DNA of 64,000 nucleotides from an uncultured Gammaproteobacteria bacterium (GTDB lineage Bacteria; Patescibacteriota; Microgenomatia; Woykebacterales; RBG-16-39-9b): NCBI GenBank assembly GCA_964360785.1, contig CAYHXX010000001.1, positions 138,549 to 202,548 of the forward strand, read 5' to 3'. Shown piece by piece: positions 54,784 to 64,000 of this stretch (position 1 is its first letter; each line of letters starts with the position of its first letter). The notes under the pieces were generated by a model. It saw only the letters and a program-made list of their open reading frames with translations, ran no database searches and was not told where the DNA came from. The position numbers and the translations under genes were made by a program.

Positions 54784-56151
54784 ATGCCCGAAGAAATAGT
54801 CGAAAAGATTGCTGAAGCTCCCGCGGTCGCAGTTGATAAGGCAATCGACACCTCCAAACAAGCAGCTCAAACGCTCGCAGACCAACCACCGGTTAAAAAA
54901 GCACGCGCTTTCTGGAAACTACTCGGCCCTGGACTCACCACTGGTGCCTCTGACGATGACCCGTCCGGAATTGCAACGTACTCACAGGCAGGAGCGAAGT
55001 TTGGATTTCAATTCCTTTGGTTAGCCCCAATGACTTTTCCTTTTATGGGCGTTGTCCAGGAAATGTGTGCCCGTATTGGACTTGTTACCGGCAGAGGCCT
55101 AGCTGCAAACATTAGAATTCATTTCCCACGCTGGGTACTGTATTTTTGTACTCTTCTTCTTTTCGTCGCCAACGTGATCAATATCGGAGCTGATGTTGGC
55201 GCCATGGCCAAAGCTAGCCAACTAGTACTCCCAAAGATGACCTTTAGCTTTGGTGTCATCGGTTTTACAGTTCTCTCCTTAGCTCTACAAATTTTTACAA
55301 GTTATGAAAAGTTCGCCCGCTACCTAAAATGGCTGGCCTTGATTCTAATTTCTTATATAATCACAGCTTTTATGGTAGACATCAGCTGGATAGAAGTAAT
55401 ACGAAACACTGTGATACCAACAATTGTAATTGGCAAAGAACAAGTAATTCTCATTGCCGCAATCCTCGGAACAACTATTTCCCCTTATCTCTTCTTTTGG
55501 CAAACATCACAGGAAGTTGAAGAAGAAATTTTGGGTGGGAAAACAACTATCTTATCCCGCCAGGAAACAAAAGACAGAGATATCAAACGAATGAGAGTCG
55601 ACGTCTGGTCAGGAATGTTTTTGTCCAATCTGGTAATGTTTTTTATCATTGCTACTTGTGCCGCCACTTTAAATCACGCTGATATTACCAATATCAACAC
55701 TGCTGCTGACGCTGCTGCTGCTTTGGAACCCTTGGCTGGTAAATATGCGTCACTAATATTTGCTATCGGGATTATCGGGACTGGTTTGCTGGCTGTTCCA
55801 GTCTTGGCTGGATCTGCATCCTACGCAATTTCCGAGAGTTTTGGTTGGAAACAAGGACTTTATCGCAACCTGAAACAAGCCTACAGTTTCTACGGGGTCA
55901 TTATCATTGCCTTGGTGATAGGTTTAGCAATGAATTTCTTTGGTATTGATCCGATCAAAGCTTTGATATACTCGGCGGTATTTAATGCAATTGTTGCCCC
56001 AGTTGTGCTTATCTTGATTTTGATTCTCAGTAGCAGTCACAAGGTGATGGGGGAAAGAAAAAACGGGTGGTTAACAAAAACTTTCGGTACACTTATTACG
56101 ATAATAATGTCAGTTACTGCCCTGGTTACCCTATACTTTCTGGCAATCTGA
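54784..56151 (+). CDS. mntH: NRAMP-family divalent metal cation transporter
   Basis: GPGLTTGASDDDPSGIATYSQAGA motif; ~11 TM helices. Confidence 0.75.
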   Translation: MPEEIVEKIAEAPAVAVDKAIDTSKQAAQTLADQPPVKKARAFWKLLGPGLTTGASDDDPSGIATYSQAGAKFGFQFLWLAPMTFPFMGVVQEMCARIGLVTGRGLAANIRIHFPRWVLYFCTLLLFVANVINIGADVGAMAKASQLVLPKMTFSFGVIGFTVLSLALQIFTSYEKFARYLKWLALILISYIITAFMVDISWIEVIRNTVIPTIVIGKEQVILIAAILGTTISPYLFFWQTSQEVEEEILGGKTTILSRQETKDRDIKRMRVDVWSGMFLSNLVMFFIIATCAATLNHADITNINTAADAAAALEPLAGKYASLIFAIGIIGTGLLAVPVLAGSASYAISESFGWKQGLYRNLKQAYSFYGVIIIALVIGLAMNFFGIDPIKALIYSAVFNAIVAPVVLILILILSSSHKVMGERKNGWLTKTFGTLITIIMSVTALVTLYFLAI

Positions 56152-56153
56152 GA

Positions 56154-56525
56154 TCACCCCAATAAAGACTTAACCTCTTCAACAACTTTGCTTGGGGTAT
56201 AGGTACTTTTGATAATGAAGGCTTGAGCCCCCATTTCCAAACCCTTATTGATATATTCATTGGCGGCAACATTGCTCAAAATTAGGATTGTCATGTTTGG
56301 TTTAGGTTTTTTCTGCAAATGCTCTAGAATTTGAAAACCAGAAACATCCGGAATGTTGAGATCCAACATCAAAAGATCATATTGGTTTTGATCTAGCAGG
56401 TCCAAGCCTTCTTGTCCGGAAGCTGTTGATTTGACTTCGAGACCAGCTAGTTTTAGCTGTCGTTCGTATAATTCACGGATAAACTGGTCATCCTCAATCA
56501 TGAGAATTTTCTTTTGTTCGTCCAT
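56154..56525 (-). CDS. Stand-alone response regulator receiver protein
   Basis: IEDDQ, LMLDLNIP and the conserved K; no output domain. Confidence 0.8.
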   Translation of the reverse strand: MDEQKKILMIEDDQFIRELYERQLKLAGLEVKSTASGQEGLDLLDQNQYDLLMLDLNIPDVSGFQILEHLQKKPKPNMTILILSNVAANEYINKGLEMGAQAFIIKSTYTPSKVVEEVKSLLG

Positions 56526-56593
56526 AAAATTAGTATCAAGTATCAGGCGTCATGTGTCAAGAAATTTTTACTATGGTATTATTGCCAGATATG

Positions 56594-57256
56594 TCCTTGT
56601 ACGTAGTTGCTACACCGATTGGAAATATCAAAGACATCACACTTCGGGCTTTGGAGACTCTTAAAGAAGTTGATTTGATTTTGTGTGAAGATACCCGTCA
56701 TTCGGGACAACTCTTGCACCAGTATGAGATCAGGAAACCACTGCTTTCTTTCCACGAGCACAATGAGCTACAAAGAATTCCTGAAGTAATAAGCAGATTA
56801 AAAAATGGAGAGAACATTGCGCTGATTTCCGATGCCGGAACCCCACTTATTTCTGACCCGGGTTTCAAACTTGTCCGCGCTGCTCGACAAGAAAATTTGG
56901 AAGTGGTTGCTGTACCAGGAGCCTCGGCAACAACTGCAGCAATATCAATAAGTGGTCTGCCAACCGATAAGTTTCTCTTTGTTGGCTATTTACCGAAAAC
57001 TTCTGGGAAAAAGGAAGAACTGCTCCAAAAACTTGTCGAACTCAAGAAATTACTACCACAAAGTCTAGTATTTTATGAGTCTCCACACCGCATTGAAAAA
57101 ACCCTTATTGATCTGGAAAGATATTTTCCCGAAAGTCTAGTTTCGGTACAAAGAGAGCTAACAAAAGTTCACGAACAAATACTCAATGGAACTATAACCG
57201 AAGTAAGAGCCAAACTAACCTCAACCAAAGGTGAGTTTACAATCGTTCTTAACTAG
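56594..57256 (+). CDS. rsmI: 16S rRNA (cytidine1402-2'-O)-methyltransferase RsmI
   Basis: LYVVATPIGNIKDITLRALETLKEVDLILCEDTRHSGQLL, the tetrapyrrole-methylase fold signature of RsmI. Confidence 0.85.
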   Translation, partial: SLYVVATPIGNIKDITLRALETLKEVDLILCEDTRHSGQLLHQYEIRKPLLSFHEHNELQRIPEVISRLKNGENIALISDAGTPLISDPGFKLVRAARQENLEVVAVPGASATTAAISISGLPTDKFLFVGYLPKTSGKKEELLQKLVELKKLLPQSLVFYESPHRIEKTLIDLERYFPESLVSVQRELTKVHEQILNGTITEVRAKLTSTKGEFTIVLN

Positions 57257-57273
57257 ATTTAAAAACAAAGAGT

Positions 57274-58827
57274 TTATTTCAACAGGTCTTTTCCGGTCAT
57301 CTGCTCTGGGTTTTTTATTCTCATCAACCCAAGTACTGTTGGGGCAACATCCCCAAGAATGCCCTCCTCTAATTTTGTGGCTGAATTTTGAAACTCTTTC
57401 GCTACCACAATAAACGGCACCTTATTGCGAGAATGCTCAGTCAAAACTTCTCCGGTAGTTTTGTTTAGCTTTTCCTCAGCATTTCCGTGGTCTGCAGTTA
57501 TCACCAAAACACCACCTTTTTCCAAAATTACTTCGGACAACCTTTTCAAACATTGGTCCAAAGTTTCAACTGCCGCTGTGGTAGCTGAGATAGAACCAGT
57601 ATGACCAACCATATCAGCATTGGCATAGTTAACAACGTAAAATTGATATTCGTCGGTTTTTAGTCGTGAAATAAGCTCATTGGTTATTTCTATTGCAGAC
57701 ATTTCTGGTTTGAGATCATAGGTGGCAACTTTTGGGGACGGGATATGGACCCTATCCTCCAGAGGAAACGGCTTTTCTCTCCCTCCATTGAAGAAATAGG
57801 TGACATGAGCATACTTCTCGCTTTCTCCGATATGTAGCTGCTTTAATTTTTGGTCGCTGATTACTTCTGTAAGTGTTTGATCAATGTTTTCTTGGGGGAA
57901 CATCACCGCAACTGGCAGATCCTGTTCATACGAGGTCATGGTTGTAAAATTAAGATTTTCGAGGGCTTTACCTCGATCAAATTCAGTAATTTTCGGCTCG
58001 ACAAAAACCTTGGTCATTTGCCTTGGACGATCCTTGCGATAATTAAAGAAGATAATACTGTCATTATCGGCAATTGTGTGCAAACTACCGTCACTTAAAC
58101 TTATCAGAGACGGCTCAATAAATTCATCAGTGATCTTATTTGCATAGTAGTGCTCAAACACAGTTTTTGGGTCAGCAAAAACCTGGCCTTCTCCGAAAAC
58201 TAGCGCTTTGTATGTCTTTTCAGTTCTATCCCAATGGTTATCACGCGCCATAGCCCAATACCTACCGGTAATCGAAGCAATGCTCCCAATTCCAAGTATT
58301 CCAATCTTTTCTTTTATCTCATCGATAAGCTTGATACCCAGTGTTGGTGAAGAGTCTCTACCATCAGTAAACAAATGAAGAAAAACATTATTCAACCCAA
58401 AAGTTTTAGCAACAGAAAGTAGTGCGTATAAATGTTCGTTACTAGAATGCACCTTCCCACTACCAACCAAACCCATTATGTGAAGATTACTTTGATTTTT
58501 TGTTACATGCTCAAAAGAGGCTAGCAACCTTTCGTTTCGAAAAAAAGAACCGTTAGCGATCGCTTTGTCTATACTTGTCACATCCTGCAAGACTACTCTG
58601 CCGGCTCCGAGATTGAGATGCCCAACTTCAGAATTCCCAGCCTCACCAGGGGGTAAACCCACAGCTTCACCAGAAGCCGTCAGTTCTGTGTGTGGGTAAG
58701 TTGTGATTAGCGAATCAAAGAATGGTTTGCTGGCCAGCTCAATAGCGTTGCCACCTCCAACCGGAGCCACTCCCCAACCATCAAGGATCACAAGCACTAG
58801 TGGACGTAAAGGTTTTTCAAGTTGATT
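57274..58827 (-). CDS. gpmI: 2,3-bisphosphoglycerate-independent phosphoglycerate mutase
   Basis: PLVLVILDGWG start region, Ser phospho-acceptor region, metal-binding His/Asp motifs. Confidence 0.9.
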   Translation of the reverse strand, partial: NQLEKPLRPLVLVILDGWGVAPVGGGNAIELASKPFFDSLITTYPHTELTASGEAVGLPPGEAGNSEVGHLNLGAGRVVLQDVTSIDKAIANGSFFRNERLLASFEHVTKNQSNLHIMGLVGSGKVHSSNEHLYALLSVAKTFGLNNVFLHLFTDGRDSSPTLGIKLIDEIKEKIGILGIGSIASITGRYWAMARDNHWDRTEKTYKALVFGEGQVFADPKTVFEHYYANKITDEFIEPSLISLSDGSLHTIADNDSIIFFNYRKDRPRQMTKVFVEPKITEFDRGKALENLNFTTMTSYEQDLPVAVMFPQENIDQTLTEVISDQKLKQLHIGESEKYAHVTYFFNGGREKPFPLEDRVHIPSPKVATYDLKPEMSAIEITNELISRLKTDEYQFYVVNYANADMVGHTGSISATTAAVETLDQCLKRLSEVILEKGGVLVITADHGNAEEKLNKTTGEVLTEHSRNKVPFIVVAKEFQNSATKLEEGILGDVAPTVLGLMRIKNPEQMTGKDLLK

Positions 58828-58947
58828 CATAAGGAAAATCCAAACTAAATTATGCCATAACAACCCATGACTTGTCAGGTTCCGCTACATTTGTTAAGAT
58901 TGTCTGCTGTAATTAGAATCCTAGTATTTATTAGCTTAATTATTTAG

Positions 58948-59679
58948 ATGATAGAAATCGCCGCTGAAAAAATCGGGCAAATTGGCCCGCTACCAGTAAC
59001 AAATTCATTGATCCTGACTTGGATCGTGATGACAGTCTTGATTGCTTTCTCATATTTCGCCGGAAGAAACATCCGCAAAGTCCCAGAGGGGTTGCAGAAT
59101 TTTGCAGAGTTGGTAGTAGAAGGTTTGTATTCAACAGTGGAAGGGTTAGCCGGACCGCTGACAAAACGTATTTTTCCGATCATCGCTACCTTTTTTATTC
59201 TTATTATTGTTAGTAATTATTTCGGATTGCTCCCTGGAGTCGGTACTATCGGGATTAAGGAGCTACACGATGGTAAAGAGATTTTGGTACCGCTATTTCG
59301 TTCGCCGGCAGCAGATCTAAACTTCACCCTAGCTCTCGCACTAATTTCCGTTTTTATGACCCATTATTTCGCAATTACAACAATTGGGGTCTCCGCTTAT
59401 CTTGCTCGCTATTTCAGTCTCAATCCAATCTATTTGTTTGTCGGAATACTAGAAATAATTGCTGAGTTTACAAAGATTATCTCGCTTTCTTTCCGACTTT
59501 TTGGTAATATCTTCGCCGGTGAAGCTTTATTGACTACAATTTCAAACTTGCTGGCTTTCTTTGCCCCTCTACCTTTTATGGGACTTGAGTTGTTAGTTGG
59601 ATTTGTACAGGCAATAGTGTTTATGATGTTGACCTTAGTTTTTATTACTATTCTTGCTGAAAAGCATGAAGCACACTAG
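58948..59679 (+). CDS. atpB: F0F1 ATP synthase subunit a
   Basis: FRLFGNIFAGE with the essential Arg; five TM helices. Confidence 0.9.
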   Translation: MIEIAAEKIGQIGPLPVTNSLILTWIVMTVLIAFSYFAGRNIRKVPEGLQNFAELVVEGLYSTVEGLAGPLTKRIFPIIATFFILIIVSNYFGLLPGVGTIGIKELHDGKEILVPLFRSPAADLNFTLALALISVFMTHYFAITTIGVSAYLARYFSLNPIYLFVGILEIIAEFTKIISLSFRLFGNIFAGEALLTTISNLLAFFAPLPFMGLELLVGFVQAIVFMMLTLVFITILAEKHEAH

Positions 59680-59682
59680 TGA

Positions 59683-59910
<228 letters not shown>

Positions 59911-59941
59911 TTTGGAGTAGAGATCAAAAGTTTGGGAAATA

Positions 59942-60442
59942 ATGAAAATCTTTGAAGAGTTCGGAATTAGTCCAATACTGCTACTAGCACAAGTCGTAAA
60001 CTTTACGATTCTTCTGGTATTACTGCGTTTATTTCTCTATAAACCAGTACTCAAAATTCTCGAGGAGCGTAAAACGAAAATAGCCAAATCCCTAAAAGAT
60101 GCCGAGGAAATTGAGAAAAGATTGGCTGATACCCAAACAGAGCAAGAAAAACTACTTGGCAAAGCACAAACAGAGTCCAGTAAACTCATTGCTGAAGCCA
60201 AGGAAGAGGCCAAAGAACTTTCAGAAAAGACTTTGGCGGAAGCAAGAACCGCAGTAGAAGAAATGCTGGCAAAAAACGGACAGCGTCTGAAACTCGAACG
60301 TGAGGAAATGATGTCAGAAGTCAAAGGTGAGATCGCCGTATTGGTGACTGCTGCTGCTGCTAAAGTCGTTGGGAAATCAGTCGACCAGATGGACAATAAG
60401 AAAATGGTTGATGAGACTATCAAGGAGATTACGGAAAAATGA
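59942..60442 (+). CDS. atpF: F0F1 ATP synthase subunit b
   Basis: N-terminal TM helix and a long charged coiled coil. Confidence 0.8.
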   Translation: MKIFEEFGISPILLLAQVVNFTILLVLLRLFLYKPVLKILEERKTKIAKSLKDAEEIEKRLADTQTEQEKLLGKAQTESSKLIAEAKEEAKELSEKTLAEARTAVEEMLAKNGQRLKLEREEMMSEVKGEIAVLVTAAAAKVVGKSVDQMDNKKMVDETIKEITEK

Positions 60443-60840
60443 GCTCAAACAAACAAGTAAAATTGCTGGCGAAGAATATTTTCAATTCCTGCAAAAAGAA
60501 TGGTGTCCTAGACGAAACACTGCTAAGGAAATTTGTTTCTCTCTTGGCAGGCTCAGGAGAGTCAGTTGCCAAGCACATACTAAATAATCTTGAAAGTTTG
60601 GTAGAGACTGAAGAAAAAAAGAACACTTTGATCATTGAATCTGCATATGAACTTGAAACTGAGCAACTAGAAATGATAAAGCAATATTTTGAAACAAAAG
60701 AGAACAGAAAACTAAAAATTAGTTTTTCTATTAATAAAGATATTATTGGTGGCCTGAAACTAAGTCTTGGAGATTTTGTTCAGGAAAACTCAGTAATGAG
60801 CAATTTAGCAACCTTGGAAAATATAATGATATATGAGTAA
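60439..60840 (+). CDS. atpH: F0F1 ATP synthase subunit delta (short OSCP)
   Basis: Sits between atpF and atpA with overlapping start and stop codons; 133 aa helical protein. Confidence 0.65.
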   Translation: MSSNKQVKLLAKNIFNSCKKNGVLDETLLRKFVSLLAGSGESVAKHILNNLESLVETEEKKNTLIIESAYELETEQLEMIKQYFETKENRKLKISFSINKDIIGGLKLSLGDFVQENSVMSNLATLENIMIYE

Positions 60841-62329
60841 TTTAGTTGAAACTTTAAAAAAAGAAATTGAATCTTTAAAAACCGCTTCAACAGAAAAAAA
60901 CGTTGGCAAGATTGTCGAAATTGGCGACGGTGTAATCAAAGCCGAGGGTTTATCCGACGTTGCCTTCAATGAACTAGTCAGCTTACCAAACGGACTCGAT
61001 GGTCTGGCTCTAAACCTGGAGGAGGATAGTGTTGGTATCGTTGTCTTTGGGGATTACAAGTCACTTAAAGAAGGTGACGAGGTTAAAACCACGGGTAAGC
61101 TCCTATCAATTCCAGTTTCAGAAAACCTTATTGGCAGGGTCGTCGACTCACTCGGAAAACCAGTCGATGGTAAAGGCCCAATCAAAGCTAACGAATCCTA
61201 TCCGATCGAAAAAATTGCTCCAGGGGTGATCACCAGACAAAGTGTAAATACCCCACTTCAAACCGGGGTTAAGGCTATTGACAGCATGATCCCAATCGGG
61301 AGAGGCCAAAGAGAACTTATCATTGGTGATCGCGGTATTGGTAAGACTGCACTTACAATTGACACTATCATCAATCAAAAAGATTCTGGAGTCATTTGTA
61401 TCTATGTTGCAATCGGCCAGAAGACTTCAAAGATCGCCCAAATCATTGACACTTTGGAAAAAAATGGGGCGATGAAACATACAATCATTGTCGCCGCCTC
61501 TGCTTCTGATTCTGCTGCCATGCAATATATTGCTCCCTACACTGGTTGTAGTATTGGCGAGTATTTCATGGACCAGGGCAAAGATACTCTAGTTATTTAT
61601 GATGACCTTACCAAACATGCTTGGGCGTACCGCCAAATCTCTCTTCTTCTTCGTCGTCCATCCGGCCGTGAAGCTTACCCTGGAGATGTATTTTACCTAC
61701 ACTCAAGATTACTTGAGAGAGCGGCGAGACTTAACAAAGACTATGGTGGTGGCTCACTGACGGCTCTGCCAATCATCGAAACCCAGGCTGGTGATCTTTC
61801 TGCCTACATTCCAACAAATGTTATTTCAATCACTGATGGACAGATCTTCCTGGAGTCGGATATGTTCAATGCAGGAGTGAGACCAGCAGTCAATGTCGGG
61901 CTCTCTGTTTCCCGTGTTGGTGGAGCTGCCCAGATCAAAGCCATGAAACAAGTGGCAGGCACTCTCCGACTTGACCTAGCGCAATTTCGCTCACTCGAGG
62001 CTTTTGCACAGTTCGGGTCTGACTTGGACGAAGCTACCAAACAACAGCTTGACCGTGGCCGCAGAATAGTCGAAATACTCAAGCAACCACAGTACCAACC
62101 AGTTGCAGTTGAACTACAAGTAGCAATCATTTGGGCTGTCACCACAGGGCAGCTTGATTCTGTGAAGATTGAATCTGTGTCCTCCTTCCAAGAGAAGTTC
62201 TTGGATTCTCTGTCAACAAGAGGTAAGAAAATTCTCGAAGAGATTGCCAAGGAAAAAACCCTTACTGACAAAGTTACAAAAGATTTGGAGAAATTTACTG
62301 CTGAGTTTAAAAAAGGATTTAAAGCATAA
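60833..62329 (+). CDS. atpA: F0F1 ATP synthase subunit alpha
   Basis: Walker A GDRGIGKT; 498 aa. Confidence 0.95.
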   Translation: MSNLVETLKKEIESLKTASTEKNVGKIVEIGDGVIKAEGLSDVAFNELVSLPNGLDGLALNLEEDSVGIVVFGDYKSLKEGDEVKTTGKLLSIPVSENLIGRVVDSLGKPVDGKGPIKANESYPIEKIAPGVITRQSVNTPLQTGVKAIDSMIPIGRGQRELIIGDRGIGKTALTIDTIINQKDSGVICIYVAIGQKTSKIAQIIDTLEKNGAMKHTIIVAASASDSAAMQYIAPYTGCSIGEYFMDQGKDTLVIYDDLTKHAWAYRQISLLLRRPSGREAYPGDVFYLHSRLLERAARLNKDYGGGSLTALPIIETQAGDLSAYIPTNVISITDGQIFLESDMFNAGVRPAVNVGLSVSRVGGAAQIKAMKQVAGTLRLDLAQFRSLEAFAQFGSDLDEATKQQLDRGRRIVEILKQPQYQPVAVELQVAIIWAVTTGQLDSVKIESVSSFQEKFLDSLSTRGKKILEEIAKEKTLTDKVTKDLEKFTAEFKKGFKA

Positions 62330-63184
62330 ATGGCCGCCACTAAAGAACTACGAGCTCGTATCAAATCAATAAAGAACACCTCTAAGGTCACCAAGGCTAT
62401 GGAGCTTGTTTCAGCTGCAAAAATGCGCCGTGCCCAAGACCAAGCTATAAGAGGCAGATCTTATTCTGAACTTATCAACAAAGTCTTGCGCAACATTTCT
62501 TCAAGAATCGACAAGAATTCCCATCCCCTGCTCGTACGAGAAGATGACAAAAAAGAAGGGGTTCTTTTGATCACTACGGATCGTGGACTTTGTGGATCAC
62601 TAAATACAAACCTATTCCGCAAAGCATTGGAAATCCAAGGTGAGGTTTCATTTATCACTATTGGCAAAAAAGGACAAATCTTTATCTCCAAATCTGCTAA
62701 ACCACTCTCCGCTGATTTCGAACTGCTGGAGCGCCCAAGCAGTGAAATGGCTCGAAAGATTTCAAAATTTCTGATCAATGCGTTTCTGTCCGGAGAATTC
62801 AATAAAATCCACGTGGTCTACACCGATTTCCAGACAACCCTAAAACAAGAAGCTACTCTAAGACAACTCTTGCCAATAATCAGTATGGAAATTCTCGAGA
62901 CACTTGCCAAAGAGTCTAAAGAATCAGCTGAATATTTGTTTGAACCAAACCCAGACCAAGTCCTCGAAACTATCCTACCGCACTACATTCAAATGGAGGT
63001 TTATCAGGTACTTCTTGAGGCAGCCGCCAGCGAACACTCGGCCCGGATGGTGGCAATGAAGAATGCTTCTGATAACGCCGCAGAATTAGTTGACGACCTG
63101 ACTCTTGCCTACAACCAAGTCAGACAAGCAAATATTACCAACGAGATTTTAGATATAACAACAGCAAGCTTAGCAGTTAATTAA
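62330..63184 (+). CDS. atpG: F0F1 ATP synthase subunit gamma
   Basis: MAATKELRARIKSIKNTSKVTKAMELVSAAKMRRAQ N-terminal helix signature. Confidence 0.9.
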   Translation: MAATKELRARIKSIKNTSKVTKAMELVSAAKMRRAQDQAIRGRSYSELINKVLRNISSRIDKNSHPLLVREDDKKEGVLLITTDRGLCGSLNTNLFRKALEIQGEVSFITIGKKGQIFISKSAKPLSADFELLERPSSEMARKISKFLINAFLSGEFNKIHVVYTDFQTTLKQEATLRQLLPIISMEILETLAKESKESAEYLFEPNPDQVLETILPHYIQMEVYQVLLEAAASEHSARMVAMKNASDNAAELVDDLTLAYNQVRQANITNEILDITTASLAVN

Positions 63185-63189
63185 AATGA

Positions 63190-64000
<811 letters not shown>

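Noticed and set aside
58940-59213. Several 64-79 aa ORFs overlapping the start of atpB on both strands
   Set aside because: They overlap the well-supported ATP synthase subunit a gene and lack independent support.

Overview
The window is a low-GC (~38-40%) bacterial chromosome segment with a gene repertoire typical of a Patescibacteria/CPR-like, Gram-positive-type organism. This is an inference from content: murT-gatD, a FemAB-family gene, an LPXTG protein, a large type IV pilus operon, many receiver-only response regulators, and the standard genetic code. Recognisable housekeeping content includes cspA, lon, a clustered uvrC/uvrA/uvrB/lexA SOS-NER neighbourhood, secG, yidC, dgkA, gpmI, rsmI, malic enzyme, glutamate dehydrogenase and the F-type ATP synthase operon (atpB-E-F-H-A-G and atpD, cut at the window end). 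There are 14 tRNA genes. No rRNA, CRISPR array, integrase or transposase was seen. Three things stand out. (1) Almost every tRNA locus carries short partial copies of its own 5' or 3' end nearby, together with GC-rich (50-60%) foreign-looking genes. A shared 20-mer containing the perfect palindrome CCGCCAGCTGGCGG lies at two of these junctions, and a variant (CCACCAGCTGGCGG) sits between the tandem lysozyme-like paralogs; a terminator-like double-hairpin module recurs three times. This looks like the scars of repeated tRNA-targeted integration and excision. (2) A minus-strand operon runs from a membrane-anchored SBP5 binding protein through a sensor histidine kinase and two tandem, paralogous 35-aa hydrophobic peptides (missed by the 60-aa ORF track) to a CvpA-CAP fusion. 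This is a candidate peptide-signalling or bacteriocin-like module. (3) Two GC-rich, ORF-free segments flank the SOS genes, upstream of uvrA and between uvrB and lexA. They are candidate structured RNAs or regulatory leaders of undetermined class.
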